A stretch of DNA of 64,000 nucleotides from positions 5,394,001 to 5,458,000 of the forward strand of contig OX597830.1 of assembly GCA_951406725.2 (NCBI GenBank). Reading direction: 5' to 3'. Source of the stretch: Octopus vulgaris. Lineage: Eukaryota. How positions within the stretch are numbered: the first letter of the stretch is position 1; each line of letters opens with the position of its first letter. This document shows positions 29,080 through 42,999 of this stretch, in pieces. The notes beneath the pieces were generated by a model. That model had not been told where the DNA came from and did no database searches. It saw nothing but the letters and a program-made list of their open reading frames with translations. The translations under genes were made by a program, and so were the position numbers.

Positions 29080-29752
29080 GTGAATTATAATAAACTGACT
29101 ATATAGACATCATAACAAAGCATATAGGCTTCATATAGAGTTGAAGGTAGAGTATATAAACTTTATAACATATCATATAGACTTTACGATTAAACATCGA
29201 ATTCTAATGAAATAGAGGCATCGTATTGAAACAAATTAAACGTATGTGTTTATGATAAGACGAAAACATAAGTAAACATATACTAAGTTAAATATATATA
29301 AAGACAGTATAATGGAACATACAAATTTTATAATAAAGATATAACATTTATAAGAAAACAAAGAATTTATTACAAAATATAATTCAGACTTTAAAACAGG
29401 TAAATTGTGATAAAACGTACTAAAGTTGTTATGACATACAAACTTCATAATGCAAGACAGAATTCATTTATAATAAAACATAACTTTCGTAATAAGATAT
29501 CTAAACTTTATACCTGTTATATATAAATATTGTAGACATTAATTATTAGAGATTAAAGACATCCCATTGTGATTTCTTAATTTTTCAAGAAAGAAGAAAC
29601 AATGCATATTTATGATATGTTTATGATTAACGAAGTCATTCATGGAAGGAGATATAAATATATAAAGACTACAGTCTCTCTCTCTCTCTCACACACACAC
29701 ACACGTATTGCTTTATGTACGTACGTACAAATATATGTATGCTTGTGTGTAC

Positions 29753-29812
<60 letters not shown>

Positions 29813-30631
29813 GTATACATTAATACATATGCATAGAAATAACAATATAGACGTAATTATTTAAGCATATTTATTTATTGTGTATATTTAACAAATATAT
29901 GTTTTATACATACTATATATGTGTGTCTGTGTGTATATGTATATATGTATGTGTAAATATAAATACGTATGTACATATATATACATATACATATATATAT
30001 ATGTATATATACATATATATATATGTGTGTGTGTGCGTGTATGTATATGTATATATATATACATATATATATATATGCATATACATACACGCACACACAC
30101 ACATATATATATATATTGATACATTTAACAAATGTTATATTCACATATATACATTTACAAACTCAGTTATATATACACGCATCACATACATATATGCACA
30201 CACACAGACACACTCACACTCACACACACACACACACATATAGAGAGAGATGTATTCATACGCACGTGCACGCATACATACAGACACAATCACACACACA
30301 CACACACACGTATATATATACTTATAACGATTTCGTGTATATTAAAAGCAGCATTCTGAATCATATAAAAGGAGGGAAAAAAACTCTTTCTTTTTCGTCT
30401 CGTCACTTGAACACGACAAACGTGATAAATAAATCACGAAAATACCGTTTGTGTTTGACAACAACCCATGCGTGGCATAATGGCAGAAAATGCCTCTTAC
30501 CGCTGTTAATTTTGTATTAGTTACTAATAATTGATTAATTTCATGAAAGAAATGGCAAAAAAAAAAAATGATTGTAGATAAGGCCTTATTTAGACATTCA
30601 ATAACAACTACTTTATTAGTGGAATGGAATA

Positions 30632-31200
30632 CACTGTGCAACACTCAAAAAAGGGCAAGTAATCTGTGGCCACTTTTATATGCAAACTGACATGGGAAAT
30701 CCATTTCTGGCCTTCTTTTTATTGAATTAGGCATGGTTTCTACAGAATTGTCACTGTATACCTTTTTGTTACGCATTGTAAAATGGGTTTCAACCCAAGG
30801 CTAGAGACCAATCTTAGTAACACTTACAATGGGATTCAAAGCTTGTGTTTAATGTTTTTTTAATCTCTCAGACCTTATTTGTTTTCAGCAATGAGTGCAA
30901 TACAGTGCAAAGATGATCCAAACAGATTCTGTTATATCTGTTGGGAATTGACTTTAGCTAAAGAAAAGCGCAGTATTACACGCCATTATCAAGAAAATAT
31001 ACAAGGCATACTTCGATTGTTACTTAGGAGACCAGGATAAGTCATGGGCTCCTCATGTGTGTTGCCTTACATGTGTGAAGACATTGAGTGCCTGGTATGC
31101 AGGAAAAAATGTTCACATGAAGTTTGGTGTGCCAATGATTTGGCGTGAGCAGAAAGATCACTCTAATGATTGCTATTTCTGTCACTATGACTCTACATGA
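30632..31200 (+). mobile_element. Chapaev3-like (CMC group) DNA transposon 5' remnant
   Basis: Starts CACTGTGCAAC (CAC terminus). The ATG at 30891 gives MSAIQCKDDPNRFCYIC..., then after a frameshift YKAYFDCYLGDQDKSWAPHVCCLTC...FGVPMIWREQKDHSNDCYFC, the Cys-rich N-terminal domain of these transposases. Confidence 0.85.
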
Positions 31201-31239
31201 ATGTGCACGTGGTATGCGTGTATGTGTGTGTCTGCAATT

Positions 31240-31440
31240 GTCCCCTACAACAGTTTGACAACAGTTGTTGGTGTGTTATGACCTTGTTATTTAGCAGTTC
31301 GACAAAAGAGGCCGATAGAATAAGTACCAAACTTAAAAAAGAAAAAGAATAAGTCCTGGGATCGTTTCACTCAACGAGAAATTCTTTGGGGCAGTGCCCT
31401 AGCTTGGCCGTAGTCTAATGACTGACACAAATAAAAGATA
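31240..31440 (+). mobile_element. SINE family B, 3' fragment
   Basis: ccgatagaataagtacc...tggccgtagtctaatgactgacacaaataaaaga. Confidence 0.8.
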
Positions 31441-31984
31441 AAAAAACGTGTATTTTCTATATATTCGATGTTTTACCACGATCGCTCGATTGATCCAAAC
31501 CATTATATACACCCTCGCTAGACCGTCTGTATATGTTGGATATATACATTAGTTAGTGTAATTTTTCGAAGAGGATAATCATTGCAATGAAAGAGAATGT
31601 GAAGGATTGCTCCGAATTCTAGATTTATGGTTCAGCCGGTAGAGGACGAAGCCTTTAGGGGGAGGGTCAATCTGCTGAATATAACAGCCTAATATCCTTT
31701 TTAAAATCACACATTAATGTAGGAATGATATTGTATAAAATACATGGCGTTTTAATGTAAAGTATGACGGTCACATTTGGAACGCTATTAATCATGTCTT
31801 CTTGTTCAGAGCAGCAGCAACCTCAGCTTTATATACCAAGTACTCTCGCCTTTCATGCCCCCATCTAATTCGTTAAGGGACATTCTCACTAAAAGAGATG
31901 TGCACTCAGTATTGACTAATATCATTTCACCGTTGCTTCTCCCTCATACATAGCACAGATTTAACTCTTCTCAATCAAATATTG

Positions 31985-32197
31985 GTTACAAATTTGGGCA
32001 CAAGATCAGCAATGTTGGGAGAGGAAGTAAGTTGACTACAACGACCCCAGGGTTCAACTGGTACTTGTTTCACTGACCCTTAAAGGATGAATGGTAAAGT
32101 CGAGTTCGGTGAAATTTGAACTCACAAACGTAGAGACAGATTAAATGCTTCTAAGCAATTTGTTCAGTGTGCTAACGGTTCTGACAGCTCGCCGCTT
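31985..32197 (-). mobile_element. SINE family A, diverged copy
   Basis: aaaggatgaatggtaaagtcgagttcggtgaaatttgaactc...cagctcgccgc. Confidence 0.85.
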
Positions 32198-32717
32198 TTC
32201 TACTAAATCTCAGATAAGTACACCTGGTTTGATCATACATTATTTGGGGGAGAAACGCTTGTAACCCCGCCATATCTGTTGAGGTTTCGCAAGTGTTTCT
32301 AGCAGTGCTATGGATTTAGAAGAGGTGGAAAAGCCTCTGTATAGTTCCTTCAGTTTCTGCGTGGGGTAAAGCAATTATGATGTTTATTTGATACGGACAC
32401 ACACATACACACACACACATAAACATGTACACACACTCACTAGTCACACACACACAATTACACACACACGTACACACACTCACTCACACGTACATACACA
32501 TACTGTTGATGCCATAAGAATTTTGAAACTTCAAGAGACATAAAATAAGCCGTTTTTAACAATAACATTCGATGTAGATAAAGCTACAAATAATGGCGTA
32601 TATTCATATTAAGCTTCAGAACGCTCTCGACTTTAAACATCCAAAGTGTTTTTAAAACCAATATTTTTATTTGCACCTACATCGAGTTCCACCGTCAAAA
32701 GCGATCCATCTCCCCCA

Positions 32718-32870
<153 letters not shown>

Positions 32871-33461
32871 GTATGTATATATACGTATGTATGTGTATTG
32901 TTGTATTTCGGGATGAAAGGAGAAAAAATAAAGCAGATACAAATAGCGTAATACACATCCAATAGACATGTATGCACATACCTGTGATAAATATGAAAAA
33001 GAATTAGAGACAAATTTTTTTTTTTAAATGTATAAAGGGCACGGATATAAGCAACATAGGAAGCGAACTCATATACACACACAAACACACAAACGGTAAC
33101 TTCACTGACAACAACTACAAAGATGGCAGCAGTGTGGGCGAACATTCAAATACATACAAACACAGACACAAGCGCATATAGGGATACACATCATAGAAGG
33201 ACAGAATGGAAGAAGTAGAGCAAGAGCACACATGAAGAGGGAAAGTGTCGCAGAGGAGGTCACAGATGTGTGACGAAAGATTTCCAGACAATGGACATGA
33301 GTTAGAATAAGAACAGGAATAAACGAGTAAAAAAGGAATATATAGTGCGCGTGTTTATTTTGCAAAAAACAAACAACAAAAAATGACTATCCGGAAATGC
33401 AACAATATCTGTTTAAACACACATCTGCACATCAAGAATCTTGTAACACAAATTCATAAAC

Positions 33462-35830
<2,369 letters not shown>

Positions 35831-35868
35831 GTGTGTCACACAAGTTTGAGTATATATATATATATACG

Positions 35869-35900
<32 letters not shown>

Positions 35901-35964
35901 TATACGTATCATATATATATAATTTATATATATATATATATAAACTATACATATATATATATGC

Positions 35965-36025
<61 letters not shown>

Positions 36026-36777
36026 TACTTGGAGAAGGAGAAATGAAACGAAACGAATCGAATCGACGCGAGGGCGCTCAGTCATACAATAGTGTAAAAA
36101 ATAAAATATATGCATACATACATACATATATGTACGTACCTACATCTACATGTATATATACATGCATATTTAAATATATATACGTGAGTACAGGACATCA
36201 CAATTAGGCGTAGAACTCAACGAGAAACGAAAACGAAAAAGCAAGCATGGAACGGACCTTTTTTTTAACAACGAAAGAACTGTGTACAAGACAAACTACA
36301 CAAGGAAAAATCCCCTTCATCAGCTGTCCCTAGATTAACTCCAGCGTATGTATATATATATATATATATGTATATACACATATATATATATGTATATACG
36401 TACATACATACACACACACATATATACACACATGCATGCACTCACACGTACGCATATGTGTCGATTCAGTGAATTAGATGCTTGACACTGAAGTATATGT
36501 AGTTAGCACATAAATCGCTCCTGATGATTATTACAAACGCAACCACACTTCTGCGATTGAAAACTGTGACCACAGGTAGATTTCCCAATTCATGGCTTAT
36601 CATCTATATCTGTTATATCGATCGATAACACATTATCCGTAATTAATTAATCTAATCAATTTATTTTTTACGATAAGCGATCGGCTTCATTCCTCTTTCT
36701 GTAGAATTATCGACTCAAAAATATATGGACCAGGCAGCGACACCAGATTGAAATAGCAATATTATAAAATAGCGTAA

Positions 36778-36990
36778 GGCATTGCGATCTGGCAGAATCG
36801 TTCGTTCGCAAAGCCGGACTAACTGCAGAGCGGCATTTCGGCCGTCTTTACAATATGAGTTCAAATTCAGCTCAGATCGACTTTAGCTTTTTATCCTTTT
36901 GGGGTAGATGAAATAAGCAACATTTAAGCACTGGGGATGATGTAACCGACTGACTCCCGACCGCGGAATTTCAGGCCTTGAATAAGGCAG
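36778..36990 (+). mobile_element. SINE family A, diverged copy
   Basis: ctggcagaatcgtt head, gagttcaaattc B box and tcgactttagctttttatccttttggggtagat box. Confidence 0.8.
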
Positions 36991-37151
36991 ACGAGATTGT
37001 AAGAAAATGAAGAATACAAAGACGGAATAAGAAGCGAAGTATGGAACATTTGGAAAAATAAAAAAAAATAAATAAAAAAGAAACGGTAAAGAAAAAAAGA
37101 AAAAGTTAATGAAAGACAGGAGCCTGGGGGAGGATAAGAAGTAGTAGTTGG

Positions 37152-37204
<53 letters not shown>

Positions 37205-37212
37205 CCGTACTA

Positions 37213-37269
<57 letters not shown>

Positions 37270-37854
37270 CTAGAGGAGATGATTATTATTATTAGGATGA
37301 AGAAGAACGAAGACGGACAGAAAAGAAGAAGAACAAAAGAAGTGGAAATAGGAGGGAAAAAGAGAATAAAAACAAAGAAAAATAAAAAACGGAGGAGTTT
37401 GGCACATAAAAAGTCCTTCAAAAATGCAGAAAAAACATGAAAATCATGAAATATAAAGAGAGAAGAAGATATAAAAGAGTATAAGAGAAAAAACTGGTTG
37501 TAAAAAATGAAGAGAAGCAGACGATCAAAGGAGGAGTTAAATGCTAAATTTAGTTTTATTGCAGAAATATTTGTCTGGGAATAAAAGGAATAGAAATAAA
37601 AAAAAAGGAGGCAGAGCATCATTAAAAGAATCGACAGTGGTAGTTTGGGGGAGGGGGATTTAAAAGAGCTTATCGTCAGCAGCAAACGTGTAAGATTTGA
37701 TAACAGGTACCGTGGTTTCGTCAATAGTTTTAAGTGCCTGAAAAGTCACGTGCAGACATGGACACCGTATCGACTCACCCACTCTTTCACCCAGCTACAC
37801 ATGGATGATGTGACTGCTGGGGTGGAAGGGAGGCGGAGCGAGGTGCGCCACTGA

Positions 37855-37993
37855 ACTGACATTACGGAATGGATTGGAACAACGTGCAATGGAGTGCCTT
37901 GCTCAAGGAGACAACACACAGCTCGATACCGGAATTGAACTGACAACATTATGGTCATGAGACCGACATTGTAATCACTAGTTCACGCGCCTT
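37855..37993 (-). mobile_element. Degenerate tRNA-derived SINE head with CORE-like box
   Basis: Minus strand aaggcgcgtgaactagtg...agttcaattccgg...tccttgagcaaggcact. Confidence 0.55.
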
Positions 37994-38188
37994 CCTGATG
38001 GAGAGAGTGAGGAAGAAATTATAATAATGGTAAAGTTCCATTAAAGAAAGAACGCTTGCTGAAAATATTTCTTTCATATTCACAAAGCATGCCAAAATAT
38101 ATCTACTTCGATTAGTGTACACAGCAGCAGCAGCAGCGATAGCGCAAGCAGCACTAGCAAGGTAACAGCATCAGCAGTAGTAGTAGTT

Positions 38189-38240
<52 letters not shown>

Positions 38241-38348
38241 CAGCAGTAGTAGTTGCGGCAACTGCAGTAATGGATGCAATAGTATTTGTGGTTTGGTATT
38301 AGCAGACACAGAAGCTGTATATTTCTTGTCTTCATTATTTGATGAAAG

Positions 38349-38745
38349 GGCGGCGCGCTGGCAGAATCGTTAGCACGCCGGGCAAAATGCTTAGCGGTAT
38401 TTCGTCTGCTGTTATGTTCTGGGTTCAAATTCCGCCGAGGTTGACTTTGCCTTTCATCCTTTCGAGGTCGATAAATTAAGTACCAGTTACGCACGGGGAT
38501 CGATATAATCGACTTAATCCGTTTGTCTGTCCTTGTTTGTCCCCTCTGTGTTTAACCCCTTGTGGGTAGTAAAGAAATAGGTATTTCGTCTGACGCTACG
38601 TTCTAGGTTCAAATTCCGCCGAGGTCGAATTTGACTTTCATTCTTTTGAGGTCAATAAATCAAAGTACTTCATTTGAATGATGGTGTCGTTGAACTCGAC
38701 TATCTCCCCGCTTCAAATTTCAGGCCTTGTGCCGACAGTAGAAAG
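38349..38745 (+). mobile_element. SINE family A, full unit (38349-38581) plus a second partial unit
   Basis: A box ctggcagaatcgtt, B box gggttcaaattcc, central box gactttgcctttcatcctttcgaggtcgataaattaagtacc. The box is recalled as resembling the Meta/MESC-type SINE domain. Confidence 0.93.
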
Positions 38746-38789
38746 GATAAATATCATTCGATCAAAACTCTCAACTTACTTTACTGGGT

Positions 38790-39660
38790 CTGACAAAAAG
38801 TGTCAGCTGTCCACAGCCAGCAGACTAAGGCGACACTTGTTTACTGGTCATGCTTCATGAACCCAGCAAAGAATTCTTGCATTTCCAAGCAACGCTGATA
38901 TTTGTAGTTCTTCTATCCTTACAGTTGTACCAATCTTTTTAAGCCATGTTGTTAGCTCAGTGCTGATACTTCCGAACGTGCCAGTCACTATTGGTATCAT
39001 ATCTATTCTCCTCATTGTCCACAAGCTGCGTATGTCGCACTTCAAACCGTCATACTTGTTTATTTTTTCTCCTTCTTTCTCTTCGATCCTGTTGTCCCTG
39101 CGATGTGCGATGTCGATTATCATGCAAGTCTTTTCTGTTTCTTTTGTCACCACAACAATGTCCTCTTTCCGATGTCTGACCTGGTGGTCGCACTGAATCA
39201 TTGCACCCTTGTAGGATTTGCAATCTTTATTCTCAGGAAGTCCTTCTGAGATTTGGTCATACTACGTCTTTGCTCTTTGTAGGCTGTAATATCCACAGAA
39301 CTCCTTATGGATTATTTTTGCCACATTGCCATGTCTTCTTTTGTATTTGCTTGGTGCCAATTTCGACCATTCACTAATAATATGCCATACCATTTCAACC
39401 CTCTCCACACACATTTGTCGCCCTGGTTTCTGTTGTCAAATCACATAGTTTGTCCTTAATGCTTGTTCTTGTGCTGCGCAAAGCCACTCCTCCGCAGCCA
39501 TAACCAGCGATTTTCTGTATTTGCCTTGACCTTCGTATCTTCTGCAAACTAACCGTATATTTTTGTCTTTTCATGCTATTCCTTTTTCGTGCTGTTTTTC
39601 TCTTTAAGTTTTTCTTTCTTTACACAATTGTCAATTTTGAAGATGTCGGACTTCTTCACA
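38790..39660 (-). mobile_element. Dong/R4-like LINE 3' fragment (RLE domain)
   Basis: RHGNVAKIIH upstream, then HRKEDIVVVTKETEKTCMIIDIAHRRDNRIEEKEGEKINKYDGLKCDIRSLW...IPIVTGTFGSI...LQISALLGNARIL. Confidence 0.9.
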
Positions 39661-39739
39661 TGTCTTCAGATGAAAAAGGACAACAAAGGTAAGTTGTCCA
39701 TCTATATGTTGCTATCACTGTATCTTTCATGTTGTGGAG

Positions 39740-39825
39740 CATCCTGATGAGTGGAGTGTCTCTTTCATTTAAATATGAAATTTATGTCATATTATCTGAC
39801 ACATCTCCGAAACGGCCCGTCGATG
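39740..39825 (+). ncRNA. Type I hammerhead ribozyme motif, canonical core, predicted GUC cleavage after 39821
   Basis: catc-CTGATGA-g[tggagtgtc...gacacatctc]c-GAAA-cggcccg-TC-gatg: stem I catc/gatg, helices ggag/ctcc and gtgtc/gacac, stem III acg/cgt. Confidence 0.75.
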
Positions 39826-40415
39826 AAACATTATCTTCGTATATTTGTATGTTCTTTTAATGTATTATAATTTCAAACTTTCCACTGGACTCCGTGTTGT
39901 AACTTAGGAATTTTATTCCCTTGTATCTTATCGTGTGAATTAATAATTCAATAAGTCTTATATTATATTGATGTTTTCTATTTTGCCTGCGTATTATATA
40001 CATTTATGAGTATTTTTAAATGTCTTAAATACCTACGAGTGTTTAGCTTATATCATATCAACGTTTTCTATATCTATTTATGTGTTTATATAATTTTAAA
40101 ATGCCTACGAATTTTTAAATATTTAAAAATAACTTTAAATACTTGCATGTTTTTAAATATTAAATATTTATATGTTTATATACTTGTATGATTTTAATAC
40201 TGTATTATCTCGAAACTTTATATTGATTTATTAATGTCAAGAAAGTACGCATATATATTGAATATTCTATTGGATAATAAGTCATATTCCTCTAGATTTC
40301 TGCTGGTATTGTCTCCATTCAACTTATAAATTGGAACTTAGCTCAATTTGAGCAATTAGATTCTAGCTGTATCTGATTATTGTTAAAATTAACAATCTCT
40401 GTATAAAATTGTATA

Positions 40416-40484
<69 letters not shown>

Positions 40485-40707
40485 GTAAAAGCAATTAAGA
40501 TTCAAGTGAGTTCCAATTAATTCACATGAATGCAGTACTTAACTTAGATGCACCAGAAATCTATATGGTATTAACCATAAAATAATGTGGGGTGATTATA
40601 AACAAGAAAAAAGCAACAAGAATGCATTAGTTTTTCAGTACAATTGTTTCATATGAAGAACAGCTTTATTAAAAGCTGCAAATATTGCTGCAATATTCAA
40701 ATAGCCA

Positions 40708-40765
40708 GATAACCGAAGAGATGTCGTGGATTCCCACTTCGGCATCTGAAACTCAGAGTTTTATC
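40708..40765 (+). ncRNA. Type I hammerhead ribozyme motif, U4C variant
   Basis: gataa-CCGAAGA-gatgtcg..cggcatc-t-GAAA-ctcagag-TT-ttatc: 5-bp stem I, 7-bp stem II, near-palindromic actcagagt. Confidence 0.6.
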
Positions 40766-41344
40766 TTGACTATCGAGTAATGTAACATATTATTGTATAG
40801 ATAAATTTCCTCTATTTACATAATATTGAGGTCTCTTTCTTTCTTTTGTTATCTTACCGTTTTATCAATATATATATTTATATATATATATGTGTGTGTG
40901 CGTATCCACAGGTACATACACACATACACCCACACGCGTCCACACACACATATATACTTACATACACGTATACATACATACATACAGTATAAGTATCTGT
41001 GTACAGAAAATGTCGATAATACTTATCTTGAAATGATAGAGGAACAAAATGTTCTTTAAATCTTGGGAATTGGTAAATAAGAGAACATCAAAGTTGTTCT
41101 CAGGATTGGAAAATTGGAAGTCATTTAGTGAGGTGGTTGAATTGTGCATGGGAATCGGAGAGCTGTGGTGGTGCATATAGTCATACATGTGTGTGTGTGT
41201 GCATGTGTGTGTGTGTGTTAATGTTGATAAAATTCTTGGCTATAAAAATGCATTTAAATATGTCGTGTTGAGGAAAGATAATTGCTATGAACAACATTAT
41301 AAACATATACATATGCAAACATACAAACACACATACACACACTC

Positions 41345-41376
<32 letters not shown>

Positions 41377-41642
41377 ATGTGTGTGTGTATATATATATAT
41401 ATATCATTACACACATTCTCACGCAGACATGCAATTTATCCATTTAGTTATGCATATATGTATCTTATGTATTTCTGTGTGTCTATTTATGTCTCTATAT
41501 ATCTATGTTATCTACCTATGTACATATACATATGCAAAAATATATATGCATATGCATACACACACATATATCTATCTATCTATATACATTCATACATACA
41601 TACACACACACACACACATATATCTATGTATCTATATACACT

Positions 41643-41696
<54 letters not shown>

Positions 41697-41697
41697 A

Positions 41698-41746
<49 letters not shown>

Positions 41747-41959
41747 TGTATGTATATATATATAAATCTGTTGGAAGAATCTCGAGGATAATGAAGTCAA
41801 GAAATGCTACAAGTTACTCGATGTCGGTGACAATTTTCTTATTTAATGCTAATTGCCGACAGTATCTGCTACAGCTTGTATGGTTGTTTTTCACATAACA
41901 AATATATATATATACATATGCACACACAATAGTTTGTTTGTAAATCGATCAATTAATGG

Positions 41960-42480
41960 ACAAACCTAGCAATTCTACTTTATGATTGACACAGCGATTC
42001 ATTGAGTGCCGTTGTGTAATCAACTCCAGCCTCGAAGATGTGAACCGACTCAATTTGAATGGCAAACGGGTGTCAGACCTCAATTTAATTCTTGGCATGA
42101 CCATGTCATGTTTTCCATTTTGTTACCATGTGGCCTTCAATCATGCGTTCATGTAACTGCTTTATTGGAATCCTTGTTCCATTGCGAACTCCATTAGCCT
42201 TATTTAAATATCGCAATAGCATTACACACAACAAGGTTGCGGGGCTTTCCACTAATGTGACAGCTGTTTAGATATTCATCATCGCAGCAGCAATCACTGC
42301 TTTCGTAACAGAATGTTTCTCCTTCAAATGCATTGAACATTTCCTCATTTCTGGAATCAACAACCAAGTTGTTATTGGATAAACACTCCTCGATCTCTGA
42401 AGTTTGTTGGATCCAATAGGTTGTCAAAAATTTGATTTATTATTTTGCATTCATTTCAGAAATACTTGACACAAACTAAG
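41960..42480 (-). pseudogene. Helitron RepHel PIF1-like helicase remnant
   Basis: NEEMFNAFEGETFCYESSD..EYLNSCHISGKP / VMLLRYLNKANGVRNGTR / MPRIKLRSDTRLPFKLSR / TALNESLCQS follow the order of PIF1 motifs (EFLNS..SG.P, MLLRNL..GLCNGTR, PRI.L...LPF, TINKSQGQ). Confidence 0.85.
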
Positions 42481-42999
42481 CGCTCTGGCCTTCAATGTAA
42501 TTCTTGTTCTTCTCTCCCTTCGTCTATAGGAACTAAAAGAAATCAGCCCCGGTACCAACCACCCGATCCTATTGTGGCAGAAGATTTCCCAGTAAATTTC
42601 AGTTACAAAATTCTATTACATAAGACGAATAGTTACAAACAGTATTCATAGTTTCAGAGCGTCACCATTTTCAGGAATAGGAAGTGTTCAAGAAAATATT
42701 CTCGAAAACTCATGTTTCTTCCGGCCAAGGGCAAAATATTCAATATGAAAAGTTATGAATAGAACATGTATAATAAAACAGTTCAAAGTCAGTTTTGAAA
42801 TTTTATACAAATAGATGAAACCAGAGTTTCGAAAGATATTGCCCTGTTTCCTGTTGACAGCTAGGCACCAAACAAAATTTCTGTTCATAGAAAATGTACA
42901 TACATACATGAATGTATGTATATATGTACGTATTTATGAATATTATATATATGTATATATAAATGTATGCATATATATATACATATATATGTATGTATA

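Noticed and set aside
36300-36346. CTGATGA on the minus strand followed by a hairpin
   Set aside because: No downstream GAAA, stem III or UH; the element is truncated at (TA)n.
36924-37724. 266-aa hydrophobic minus-strand ORF
   Set aside because: Reverse complement of purine-rich low-complexity DNA and triplet repeats; not protein-like.
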